Shown in pieces: positions 28,195 through 37,704 of a DNA stretch of 64,000 bases. The stretch lies in the NCBI GenBank assembly GCA_049967475.1, contig JBMFSQ010000002.1:224001-288000 (forward strand). The letters are read 5' to 3'. The DNA is from Chthonomonadales bacterium. Its GTDB lineage: Bacteria > Armatimonadota > Chthonomonadetes > Chthonomonadales > CAJBBX01. The position numbers and the translations under genes were made by a program. The number at the start of each line of letters is the position of its first letter. Position 1 is the stretch's first letter. Below the pieces are notes generated by a model. That model had not been told where the DNA came from. It saw only the letters and a program-made list of their open reading frames with translations, and ran no database searches.

Positions 28195-29811
28195 TCAGCT
28201 TCTTTCGAGCACCACCAGCCAGTCGCCAATGGCTTCTGCGTGGCCGGCGGTGGGATTGCTGAGCTGCGCGGTCCCGTCGTCATGCGGAACGACCATTCCC
28301 AGCCGATACTCCTGGCCCGTTGCCGGATCATAGCACTGCGCCCGCCAGGCATCGCCTCCCAAGCCGCGCACCTCAAGGTCCAGCGGCTCGGGCGCGTAGA
28401 GGATGCGCACATCGCTGCTTCCGGCGGCGTACGGTGCGTGCCAGCGGTCACGCGCTTCAGAACCCGGGCGATAGTCCACCCATTCCGGATGCGGTTCAAA
28501 GCGCCACCAATCATAACGCTCCAGAAGCTTCTTGGCCCATCCCAATTGAGCGGAGCCAGGGAGGTGCATGGCTTGGTTCCAAGGCGTAGGCCCATAAGTA
28601 CCCCCATGAGGCGAGGCGCCGTAGGGGGCATTCTCCCGGTTCAATTGCCAGATGCCGTTGGCGCCGTAGGTGTGCCCGCATGCACCACTCAGGATGCAGG
28701 TCCAAAACATGAGGCGTTGCACATCCGCATGACACCTGCCCAGAATGCCTTCGTAATTCACCTCTGAATTGAGGACCGGCATCGTCGGTTTCTGGGCCCG
28801 GGACCAGCGCACCGTCTCCACCGTAGGTGCGAGGCTCTCGCGGTCTCCATGACCCGTCTGGAGCATATCGAAATCGAGCAGACTGGGATCGTCAATGGCG
28901 CATCGGGCGCTCAGCCTCCCAAGCCCGGTGGGATGGATGGACACGAGGCGGTGGAAAGGGTCTGTTTGCCGCACATACCGGGCAACTTCCGTCCAGCCAT
29001 GGACCGCGCGGCGATCCTCGAAGGGAAAGCCCGGCTCGAGATACCACGGGAGGTTGGCCTCGCCGGCGATGCACCAGACTACTGGGTAGGCCCCCCACCG
29101 CGCTATGAGATACCGCCAGTGCTCCTTCATGCGATCCAGCCCAAGCCAAGGAAGGTAGTATCCCCACGCACCCACGATGCAAGGCACGATGCCGTTATCC
29201 ACCAGGTGCGCGATGCGGTGATCGGCCCAATCGAAGTAGATGGGCCGAATGGCGGACCAATCCGGTTCCCATGGAAAGCCTCCTTCATTGGCGCCGCGTT
29301 CATCGAAGGCGCCCATGTCCGGATAGAGGCCTGCCACGATCTGCACCACATTGAAACCCTTTGCCACGCGGTCTGAAACGAGCTCTCGAAACTCGTCAGG
29401 CCAGTGGATCCGCTTACACAAACCCATCCACCACGTGTCTCCCAGCCAGAAGAACGGGGTCCCGTCTGCGTGCTGAAGGGTTCGCCGGCTCTGCGACAGG
29501 CGCAACGCTCCGTGCCGAAACAGCGGATTGGGACCCTCATAAGGCGTTACGATGAGGCTCCCTTCCACATCATTCAGGCCATGGTCCCGCGCATCCGCAC
29601 ACAGGGTGCGGAAGCTGTGCAGGCCCACCTCTCCTGATGAGTAGCGCACCTTCCACAGAGAGCCGCCCGCCCAAAAGGCCGGCACCCGCGCGGTTTCGCC
29701 GGATGGCGCGGTAAAGAGGACGTCCACCGTCACGTCCTTATCGAGCGGGGCACTATGGCGGGCTGAGTTGAAAGTTATCTCTGCCACGTGGTTTGCAGGC
29801 ACATTGAGCAT
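28195..29811 (-). CDS. DUF5060/DUF4038 (apiosidase-like) glycoside hydrolase
   Basis: PAFWAGGSLWKVRY, HADGTPFFWLGDTWW, KGFNVVQ, WCIAGE, DMLQTGH, NSEVNYEG, GHTYGANGIWQ. GGAGG RBS before ATG 29811. Confidence 0.9.
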   Translation of the reverse strand: MLNVPANHVAEITFNSARHSAPLDKDVTVDVLFTAPSGETARVPAFWAGGSLWKVRYSSGEVGLHSFRTLCADARDHGLNDVEGSLIVTPYEGPNPLFRHGALRLSQSRRTLQHADGTPFFWLGDTWWMGLCKRIHWPDEFRELVSDRVAKGFNVVQIVAGLYPDMGAFDERGANEGGFPWEPDWSAIRPIYFDWADHRIAHLVDNGIVPCIVGAWGYYLPWLGLDRMKEHWRYLIARWGAYPVVWCIAGEANLPWYLEPGFPFEDRRAVHGWTEVARYVRQTDPFHRLVSIHPTGLGRLSARCAIDDPSLLDFDMLQTGHGDRESLAPTVETVRWSRAQKPTMPVLNSEVNYEGILGRCHADVQRLMFWTCILSGACGHTYGANGIWQLNRENAPYGASPHGGTYGPTPWNQAMHLPGSAQLGWAKKLLERYDWWRFEPHPEWVDYRPGSEARDRWHAPYAAGSSDVRILYAPEPLDLEVRGLGGDAWRAQCYDPATGQEYRLGMVVPHDDGTAQLSNPTAGHAEAIGDWLVVLERS

Positions 29812-29908
29812 GGACGGAGCCTCCCGTGCGAACGTTTGCCGGTAGCCATTCCACACGCACCTACGAAGCACCTGCGTGCCGCTGTGGAGTGCCCGCAAGG
29901 GCTGCGAA

Positions 29909-29938
29909 TTGACATGGAAGAGGACCCCGGCTTATAAT
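29909..29938 (+). promoter_or_regulatory. Consensus sigma70 promoter for the PBP operon
   Basis: TTGACA (29909-29914), 18 bp, TATAAT (29933-29938); ATG follows at 29948. Confidence 0.82.
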
Positions 29939-29947
29939 CTGGGTATC

Positions 29948-32386
29948 ATGTCCAAACGTGTTGCCTCGATTGCGGCTCGCAGGCGTGCAGCGCGACGGCC
30001 GCCTACGCTCAAGAAGCGCCTCAAGAACTTCGCCGCCCTGCTGGCCCTCATCATCCTCACTGGTGTGGCGGTACTTGCCGTCTATCTCGTCCTGATCTTT
30101 ATCGAGGTGTCCCGCAATCTGCCGTCCGTAGACGAGATCAACAATATGCAGCCCACACAGGGGACGCAGATCTTCTTCGCAGACGGCACACAGATGGCTG
30201 TAATCGGCGCCGAGAACCGCCAACCTGTAAAATTGGACGCCATCAGCAAGCATCTGATTGACGCAACCATAGCAGTTGAGGACAGCCGCTTCTTTGAGCA
30301 TCGCGGCATAGACTTAAGATCTATTCTCCGGGCGGCCTATCGCGATGCCGTCGGCGGCGACGTTCGCGAAGGAGCCAGCACAATTACCCAGCAGCTTGCG
30401 CGCAACATCAGCGCTTTGGGGCTCACGCGGCGAAAGCTCCTGCGGCGGAAGATTGCTGAGGCGATGCTCGCTGTGCGCATCGAGCAGTCTTTCACAAAGG
30501 ATGAGATCCTGGAACTGTATCTCAACCGTATCTATTACGGAAACGGTGCCTACGGGGCGGAGGCTGCAGCGGAAGCCTATTTCCACAAGCACGCCAAGGA
30601 TCTCACTCTGGCGGAAGCCGCATGGCTCGCCGGGCTTCCCCAGCGCCCGGCCTATTATTCGGCTCCAGCCCATCGAGACCAATCCCTCCGGCGAAGGGAC
30701 ACAGTTCTCGAGCGCATGGTGGAAACCGGCAAGATTACCCCGGAAGAGCGGGACGCAGCGACGGCAGAACCGCTGCACATTTTCAAAGCCCAGCCTTCCG
30801 GAAGCCGCATCTATGCCGCACCGTACGTGGTCAATTACGTGGTACACCAACTGACCCAGTACTACGGCCCCGACGCTATCTACAACGGCATGAAGGTGTA
30901 TACCACCCTCGATCCGCGCATCCAGAAGATTGCCGAACAGACCCTTGCCGATGGCGTCCGCCGCTCCGGCGTGGCGAACCAGGGCGCACTCATATGCATA
31001 GACAACCGTACGGGCTTCATCCGTGCGATGGTGGGCGGTTTGGATTATCAACGGGATCAGTTCAATGTGGTGGTTCAGGGCGTTCGGCAACCGGGAAGCT
31101 GCTTCAAGCCTATCGTGTACACCGCCGCCCTGGACACAGGCAAGGTAACCCTGGATACGCGGTATCGCGACGATCCCAGCCTCCCCGGTGAGCACGCCGG
31201 CAACAAATGGCATCCCAAGAATTACAGTGGTCGCTACAGCTACCGCCGCATCACGGTCCTCGACGCAATCAAGCATTCCATCAATACCGTGGCAGTAAAG
31301 GTTGCCATGGACACCGGTCTGGACACCGTGATCGCTTATGCCCGCAAAATGGGTATCACAACGCCTCTGGCTCCCTATGCGCCGCTCGCACTGGGCGCCT
31401 CGGGCGTACGGCCCATCGAACTGTGTGAAGCCTATACCGTATTCGCTACAAATGGAAAGCGTGCTGTTCCCCAGTGCCTCAAAGCCACGCGTACCTCCGC
31501 CGACGACCCTGTAGATGAGTGGGCACCACGCCTTGAGGACGTAGGGTTCCAGTCGCACACCCTTTCGGACATGAACGAAGCCCTGCGGGAAGTGGTGCTC
31601 CACGGAACCGGTACCATGGCAGCCGACGTGCCGAATGCCCATGGTAAAACGGGCACCACGAGCGACTCCCGAGACGCCTGGTTTGCAGGATACACCCCAG
31701 AGCTCACCACGGTCGTATGGGTCGCTCACGAGAACCGGATGCGCAGCGGCCGCCTCAACCCCAAAGAGCCTTACCTACCCATGCCCGGGGCTACCGGCGG
31801 CCACTTGTGTGCGCCAATCTGGCGGGACTTCATGCTCAAGGCAGTTCCCATCCAAATGCAGGCGAACCAGTCACTCAATGCGCCCGCGCAGAGCGCCCCC
31901 CAGCTTCATCCTTCTCCGCAGCGCACGGCCGCGGAAAACATCACCGCCCGTTCGGCTACACCTGCCCGTGCCTCACAAGGTGCCATCATGCCGCCCAGCC
32001 CACAACCTCCTTCCGATGCGGCGGTGCCCATCGCGCCCACAGACCAACGCAATGCAGCGGCCAGCGGGATCCCAGTGGAACCGCTCCATTCGGCCCCGGC
32101 GATCATGCCGGCGCCGGCTCTCCCTGTGCCGGCAACTGCTCCGCCTCCGAATGCGGCGCCCCGGGCGACCCAGCCGGTATCATCCCGCCCCGCTGAACCC
32201 ATTGCGCGCCCCACATTGCCGGCTCCGCGCGTAGATCCGCAGGATGAAATGGTAACGGTGCGCCTTTGTGCGGACACGATGAAGCGAGCCACGCCCTGGT
32301 GCCCGGTAACCATCGAGAGGCGTATGAGGCGGCGAGACATTCCGGGCCGCTGCAGGCTCCATAAACCGCCGCCGGGTGAAGGCTAG
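29948..32386 (+). CDS. Class A penicillin-binding protein (PBP1A family)
   Basis: Transglycosylase motifs EDSRFFEHRG, GASTITQQL, RKIAE, YLN; transpeptidase SCFK, SIN, KTGT; Pro/Ala-rich tail. Confidence 0.96.
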   Translation: MSKRVASIAARRRAARRPPTLKKRLKNFAALLALIILTGVAVLAVYLVLIFIEVSRNLPSVDEINNMQPTQGTQIFFADGTQMAVIGAENRQPVKLDAISKHLIDATIAVEDSRFFEHRGIDLRSILRAAYRDAVGGDVREGASTITQQLARNISALGLTRRKLLRRKIAEAMLAVRIEQSFTKDEILELYLNRIYYGNGAYGAEAAAEAYFHKHAKDLTLAEAAWLAGLPQRPAYYSAPAHRDQSLRRRDTVLERMVETGKITPEERDAATAEPLHIFKAQPSGSRIYAAPYVVNYVVHQLTQYYGPDAIYNGMKVYTTLDPRIQKIAEQTLADGVRRSGVANQGALICIDNRTGFIRAMVGGLDYQRDQFNVVVQGVRQPGSCFKPIVYTAALDTGKVTLDTRYRDDPSLPGEHAGNKWHPKNYSGRYSYRRITVLDAIKHSINTVAVKVAMDTGLDTVIAYARKMGITTPLAPYAPLALGASGVRPIELCEAYTVFATNGKRAVPQCLKATRTSADDPVDEWAPRLEDVGFQSHTLSDMNEALREVVLHGTGTMAADVPNAHGKTGTTSDSRDAWFAGYTPELTTVVWVAHENRMRSGRLNPKEPYLPMPGATGGHLCAPIWRDFMLKAVPIQMQANQSLNAPAQSAPQLHPSPQRTAAENITARSATPARASQGAIMPPSPQPPSDAAVPIAPTDQRNAAASGIPVEPLHSAPAIMPAPALPVPATAPPPNAAPRATQPVSSRPAEPIARPTLPAPRVDPQDEMVTVRLCADTMKRATPWCPVTIERRMRRRDIPGRCRLHKPPPGEG

Positions 32387-32414
32387 CCTGGCAGCCCAGA
32401 AGGTTCATCCAGCT

Positions 32415-34268
32415 ATGGTGATGGTCCATCCGCCGGAACCGGTTCCCAACCTCAAGCGTGTGCGTATCTTGACGGCGGCCATCCTGTTGGGCTTTCTGGG
32501 ATTGGTGGCGCGCCTCTGGTATCTGCAAATCGCCCACGGTGAGGAATACCGCCGCCTCTCGGAAGGCAACCACACCCGGCTGATCCGCCGCCAGGCGCCG
32601 CGCGGGCTGATCACCGACCGCACAGGGCATATCCTGGCCGCCAATCGCCCAAAGATCGTTGTGAGCGTTCTTCCAATTGAAGCGCGCAAAGATCCCGGAT
32701 TGCTGCCGCGGCTCGGGGAACTCCTTGGCCGGCCCGCCGATGAATTGGCCGCCACCATCGCCCACGATAAGGTGACCGATTACGACCCGGTCCGCGTGGC
32801 ACTGGATGTAGACGTGCCGACCGCCACGCGCATCGAGGAGCGCCGGCTCGATCTGCCGGGTGTGTCCGTGGGCCCAGAACCGATCCGCTTCTATCCTGAA
32901 GGCGCCGTGTTCGGCCACGTGCTGGGCCAGATGGGCCAAATCCCCCCGGCCGAACTCAAACAGCGACGGGACGAAGGGTACCGGCCCGGCGACTATTGCG
33001 GGCGCCTGGGCATCGAACGCGCCTATGATGCCGTCCTCCACGGCAAAGACGGAGGAAGCCTGGTAGAAGTAGATGCCCGGGGCAGGACAGGCGCGGAAAT
33101 AAGCAGCTTTGAGCCCACACCTGGCGCACGGGTGGAACTCACGATAGATGCCCGGGTTCAAGAGGCGGCCTACAAAGAACTCTCGCAATGGGCGGCACAA
33201 GGTCATCCCGGCGCCGCCGTAGCCCTGGATCCCCGCACGGGAGCTGTCTTGGCCCTCGTGAGCGTTCCGTCCTTCGATCCCAACCAATTCGCTACAGGCA
33301 TCAACACCGCCAATTGGAAGGCGCTGCAGAGCAACCCGTTCAAGCCCCTCATCAATCGTGCCATCGGCAGTGCATATGCACCGGGTTCAACCTTCAAGCT
33401 GGTCACCGCCGCTGCCGGGCTCTGCTCCGGGCGCATCACACCATACGATCGCGTTTTCTGCAGCGGGGTGATTTACCTGGGCCGATGGGCCAAGCGGTGC
33501 CACAAAGCCTCGGGGCATGGGTCCGTGGATATGGTGCGTGCCATCCAGAAGTCTTGCGACGTCTATTTCTACCGCTTGGGACAGCGGCTGGGCCCAGAAC
33601 TTCTAGCGCAGTGGGCCCACACGTTCGGATTGGGCCGACGCACCGGGATTGACTTGACACGGCCTGGTGACCCTCCCGTCGAGCGGGCAGGCATCGTCCC
33701 ATCACCAGAGTGGAAACGCAAACGGGGATACGGGCCATGGGTGGGCGGCGACACGGTGGACTTCGCCATCGGCCAGGCCATGCTCGCCTGTACTCCCCTT
33801 CAGATGTGCAACGTAGCGGCGGCCATCGCCAACGGGGGCACCCTCTATAGACCTCAGCTTGTCGGCCGCATCATCGCGAACACCCAGGATGGCGGCGGCC
33901 GCCTTGTGCGTGCCCTACAGCCGCAGGTCTTGGGCCGTATCCCGCTCACGTCCGAGGCGCTGCGAGTGATCCGCGAAGGGATGCTCCAGGTGATGCAGCC
34001 CGGCGGCACCGCCTCCCACGCCGGGCTGCCTGGGCTCACGATCGCCGGCAAAACGGGCACGGCACAGCAGCGCATCCGGGGCAAGATGGTGAACCACGCA
34101 TGGTTTGTAGGCTTTGCCCCGGCCAACGATCCCTCCATGGCAGTGTGCGTGTTTGTGGAGGGTGGCGGTCATGGGGGTACGGTGGCTGCCCCCATCGCCC
34201 GCAAGATGTTCGCCGCCTATTTCAACATTCCCGCTCCGGCGGCACCCACCGTCCATACGACGGACTGA
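32415..34268 (+). CDS. mrdA: Penicillin-binding protein 2 (class B)
   Basis: RLWYLQI, APRGLITDR, GIERAYD, STFK, SCD and KTGT. Start at ATG 32415 or GTG 32376. Confidence 0.93.
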   Translation: MVMVHPPEPVPNLKRVRILTAAILLGFLGLVARLWYLQIAHGEEYRRLSEGNHTRLIRRQAPRGLITDRTGHILAANRPKIVVSVLPIEARKDPGLLPRLGELLGRPADELAATIAHDKVTDYDPVRVALDVDVPTATRIEERRLDLPGVSVGPEPIRFYPEGAVFGHVLGQMGQIPPAELKQRRDEGYRPGDYCGRLGIERAYDAVLHGKDGGSLVEVDARGRTGAEISSFEPTPGARVELTIDARVQEAAYKELSQWAAQGHPGAAVALDPRTGAVLALVSVPSFDPNQFATGINTANWKALQSNPFKPLINRAIGSAYAPGSTFKLVTAAAGLCSGRITPYDRVFCSGVIYLGRWAKRCHKASGHGSVDMVRAIQKSCDVYFYRLGQRLGPELLAQWAHTFGLGRRTGIDLTRPGDPPVERAGIVPSPEWKRKRGYGPWVGGDTVDFAIGQAMLACTPLQMCNVAAAIANGGTLYRPQLVGRIIANTQDGGGRLVRALQPQVLGRIPLTSEALRVIREGMLQVMQPGGTASHAGLPGLTIAGKTGTAQQRIRGKMVNHAWFVGFAPANDPSMAVCVFVEGGGHGGTVAAPIARKMFAAYFNIPAPAAPTVHTTD

Positions 34269-34336
34269 CGCGCCCGCACCCCTTGCGCATCTACCGCGGC
34301 CGCGGGGCTCCGTGAGATTGTCACGTAGATGTGCCT

Positions 34337-34388
34337 GATTTGTCTATTATCCTTGACATCTGGACAGATCTGCATTATACTATGTCAG
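34337..34388 (+). promoter_or_regulatory. Sigma70 promoter of the DeoR-glmS unit, overlapped by TGTC/GACA inverted repeats (putative operator)
   Basis: TTGACA (34353-34358), 17 bp, TATACT (34376-34381). GATTTGTC (34337-34344) pairs with GACAGATC (34363-34370); TGACAT (34354-34359) pairs with ATGTCA (34382-34387). Confidence 0.72.
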
Positions 34389-34416
34389 CTTTGAGCAATG
34401 ACGGAGACACCGAGCC

Positions 34417-35280
34417 ATGACCGAACACCCCGATGCCCGGAGAATGAAGCTCCTTCAGATGCTTGCAGATGCGCCCAGCGGCATCCCCCTTCCAGAATGC
34501 GCCAGGGCTTTGCAGGTAGACGAGCGTACGATCCGTCGCGACGCCTTGCACCTGCAGGAACTGCTGAGCAAAGTCCACGGCGTTACGGTACGGCGTAACG
34601 TGCTGGTGGCAGAGGGGGAAGGTCTGGGGCCGGGCTACTTTGCCAAACAAGTGCAAGCGCGCAGACATGTAAAGGAGGCAATCGCCCGCCGTATCGTGTC
34701 GTCCTTGGCCGACAATACGGCCCTTGCCATCACCGCAGGAACTTCAACCTATTATGTGGCGCGCGAAATCCGGCGGGCATCCTTGGAACAGACCTGCCCA
34801 TCGGGCCTTATCGTCTTTACCAACAGCCTGCCCGCCCTTATGGAACTCATCTCGGCAGGCGTGTCTACAGGCGTCATCGGCGAGGTGTTCAACCCCGATG
34901 ACTATGCCTTCCACACCCATGAACTCCATTCTACATTCAATCCGGGGATTGCCATCGTTGGAGCCAGCGGCATCCTGCCGAACCCCGCCACCGGATCCCT
35001 GGACCTGTTCAGCCACCGGGCAGAGGAAGCCGCCTTCATGAAGCAGGTGCTCGCACCCGTTCCCGAGATTGTCATCGCCGCGGACGCAAGCAAGATCGGC
35101 CGCAGGCATCCCTGGTCCTTCACGAGCGGAGGCATCCTCGCAGGCAAGCTCGTCCGCCTCTACACCGATCCTTTGGCTCCTGACCAGCGCGAGCCGATTT
35201 TGCGACTCGCATCCACGACGCATCGGAGCGGCTTTCGCCTCATTTTGGAAGAGGTGGATCCCGGTAATGAGCTGCCGTAA
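34417..35280 (+). CDS. DeoR/GlpR-family transcriptional regulator (GlmR-like context)
   Basis: HTH LQVDERTIRRD; KEAIA..AGTST; VFTNSL; AADASKIG. Directly upstream of glmS. Confidence 0.88.
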   Translation: MTEHPDARRMKLLQMLADAPSGIPLPECARALQVDERTIRRDALHLQELLSKVHGVTVRRNVLVAEGEGLGPGYFAKQVQARRHVKEAIARRIVSSLADNTALAITAGTSTYYVAREIRRASLEQTCPSGLIVFTNSLPALMELISAGVSTGVIGEVFNPDDYAFHTHELHSTFNPGIAIVGASGILPNPATGSLDLFSHRAEEAAFMKQVLAPVPEIVIAADASKIGRRHPWSFTSGGILAGKLVRLYTDPLAPDQREPILRLASTTHRSGFRLILEEVDPGNELP

Positions 35281-35355
35281 CGTCACGAAGCATGCTGCAC
35301 ACGGCTTTACAGAGGGCCACGCAGCCCCTGGAAGGCGCATCAAGGAGGAGAATTT

Positions 35356-37200
35356 ATGTGCGGGATTACGGGATATGTAGGCAGGCGCTCGGCTGTAGAC
35401 ACAGCCATCGCCAACCTGAAGCGGCTGGAATACCGCGGTTACGACTCGGCCGGCGTAGCATACCCCCACAATGGCGGCATCCGCGTTGTGAAGGCGCCGG
35501 GCAAGATCGTGAACCTGGAGGCATTGCTTCAACCCGGCTCCGGCGACGCCCATGTGGCTGTGGCGCATACACGCTGGGCCACGCATGGGAGCCCCAATGA
35601 GGCCAATGCCCATCCCCATCTGGATTGCACCGGCACTTTGGCAGTAGTGCACAACGGCATCGTCGAAAACTACGCCGAACTGCGGGAGCGGCTTATCGCT
35701 CAAGGACATGAATTCCGCTCCGAAACCGACACCGAAGTCATCGCGCACCTCATCGAGGCTCAGCTCGCCCAGCGCGGCCCGTCATTGGATGCAGCCTCCT
35801 TCGCCTCTGCAGCATGCGCGGCCCTTGGTCAGATCCGCGGATCCTATGCCATAGCCGTCATCACGCGCACTCTGCCCGAACTCGTATTCGTAGCGCGCAA
35901 GGATTCGCCCCTGGTCGTCGGCCTGGGAGAAGGCGAGAACTTCCTGGCAAGCGACATCCCTGCCCTGCTCGCCTTTACCCGCCGGGTAATCGTGCTGGAG
36001 GATGGCGATTGCGGCATCGTCACCCGACACAGCGTCCAGGTATTCGGCTCGGACGGCCTACCTCGGACGCGGCCGCCCTTGCACATTACGTGGGACGATC
36101 AGGCAGCCGAGAAGGGCGGCTTCGCGCACTTTATGCTCAAAGAGATCCACGAAGAGCCGCGCACCGTGCGGGACACCCTCCGCGGCCGCCTTGACCCCAA
36201 CCGCCGCGTGGTACTGCCCGACGTGGCCTTGAAAGCCGAGGATTGGTCAAAGTTCCGGCGCATCGCCATCGTTGCGTGTGGAACAGCCTACCATGCAGGC
36301 GTTGTAGGAAAGCGCCTGCTGGAACAGCTTCTCGGCAGACCCGTGGAGGCGTCTGTGGCGTCCGAGTTTCGGTATAGCGACCCGCTGGTAGACGCCGAAA
36401 CGCTCACGATCTTGGTGAGCCAGAGCGGCGAAACGGCAGACACCCTGGCCGCATTGCGTGAGGCGCGTCGGAAGGGATCTACAACTCTGGCCGTGGTCAA
36501 CGTGGTGGGAAGCACCCTAGCACGTGAAGCGGACGCGGTTCTCTATACCCAGGCGGGTCCGGAAATCGGTGTGGCCTCCACCAAAGCCTATCTCGCTCAG
36601 CTTACGGCCCTCACCCTGCTTGCGCTCTACCTCGCCCAACTCCAAGGCGCCCAGGATCACCGGCAGCGCGCGTTGGTGGACGCTCTCGAGGCGCTGCCCG
36701 ATCAAATAAGCCAGTGCTTGGAACGCAGCGACGAGGTGCACGCATTGGCGAAGGCGCTGGCCCAACATACCTGCTTCTTTTACTTGGGCCGAGGGTACGA
36801 CTACGCCGCAGCTATGGAAGCCGCACTAAAGCTCAAAGAGATCTCCTATATCCATGCCGAAGCGTACCCTGCCGGAGAGATGAAGCACGGCCCCCTCGCC
36901 CTTGTGGAACCCGGCGTCGCCGTGGTAGGGCTCTGCACACAGCCGCAAACCTACGAGAAGATGCTCAGCAACCTCAAGGAAGTCAAAGCGCGCCAGGGTA
37001 CCGTCGTCGCAGTCCTACGGGATGGCGAAGAGCAGCCCGACGGCACCGACTATGTGGTGCGCGTTCCAAATTCGGCAGACGCCCTCATGCCGGTATTGGC
37101 AATGGTGCCGATGCAGCTCATGGCGTACTACATAGCCCTGGAGCGGGGCTGCCCCATTGACCAGCCAAGGAACCTGGCAAAGAGCGTTACAGTGGAGTGA
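35356..37200 (+). CDS. glmS: Glutamine--fructose-6-phosphate aminotransferase (isomerizing)
   Basis: MCGI, LEYRGYDSAG, HTRWATHG, HNGIVEN, SQSGETADT, and the C-terminus PRNLAKSVTVE. Confidence 0.99.
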   Translation: MCGITGYVGRRSAVDTAIANLKRLEYRGYDSAGVAYPHNGGIRVVKAPGKIVNLEALLQPGSGDAHVAVAHTRWATHGSPNEANAHPHLDCTGTLAVVHNGIVENYAELRERLIAQGHEFRSETDTEVIAHLIEAQLAQRGPSLDAASFASAACAALGQIRGSYAIAVITRTLPELVFVARKDSPLVVGLGEGENFLASDIPALLAFTRRVIVLEDGDCGIVTRHSVQVFGSDGLPRTRPPLHITWDDQAAEKGGFAHFMLKEIHEEPRTVRDTLRGRLDPNRRVVLPDVALKAEDWSKFRRIAIVACGTAYHAGVVGKRLLEQLLGRPVEASVASEFRYSDPLVDAETLTILVSQSGETADTLAALREARRKGSTTLAVVNVVGSTLAREADAVLYTQAGPEIGVASTKAYLAQLTALTLLALYLAQLQGAQDHRQRALVDALEALPDQISQCLERSDEVHALAKALAQHTCFFYLGRGYDYAAAMEAALKLKEISYIHAEAYPAGEMKHGPLALVEPGVAVVGLCTQPQTYEKMLSNLKEVKARQGTVVAVLRDGEEQPDGTDYVVRVPNSADALMPVLAMVPMQLMAYYIALERGCPIDQPRNLAKSVTVE

Positions 37201-37704
37201 TTGGCGGGAGGGGGGAGCCGTGCGGCGTTCGGGCGCTGATTACAGAGGCTGCTCCAAGCTGCCCTGCACATTCGGAGGCGTCACGGCATCCCCGCCTCTC
37301 CCATTGCTTGTGCGCTCGGCCTGCATCGCTTGCTCGAAGCGATACTCATTCAGCGCGGCTCTCCCTGCGTCGCCTCGGCCGCGCCGATCGAACCAACCTC
37401 CTTACGCGTGCAGTGTCTCCCTGTTTCGGGTTTGCCGACCGGGGGAGCCTCCCTCTCCCGCATCGGCCTTTCCACGGCGCCTGCACCTCGGCCGCGCACA
37501 CTGGATCTTTCCTCACTTCAACGGGTATCCGTTCCGGCAATCCATCCGGTTTCGCACGATGGATAGGGTCTGGCGCGGTAACTTCCCGGCGCTTTCTTCG
37601 CGTAGTGGTAGGTAGAATGGCAATGCCGGGGCGCGAAGGCGGCCGTTGCCGCTTTGCAACACTCGCTGCAGCCCTGCATCGTGTGGAAAGGTGCATCATT
37701 CCCT

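Noticed and set aside
35281..35355. glmS ribozyme upstream of glmS
   Set aside because: The gap is only 75 bp, too short for the typical ribozyme, and shows no recognisable core.
37201..37520. tRNA (minus strand ends ...CTCCCGCCA), SRP RNA (CAGG...AGCAGC) or RNase P RNA (GAGGAAAGATCC)
   Set aside because: No TTCRA T-loop or cloverleaf. The segment between CAGG and AGCAG is 9 nt with no GNRA-capped stem. The RNase P motif is imperfect and its conserved 3' partner is missing.
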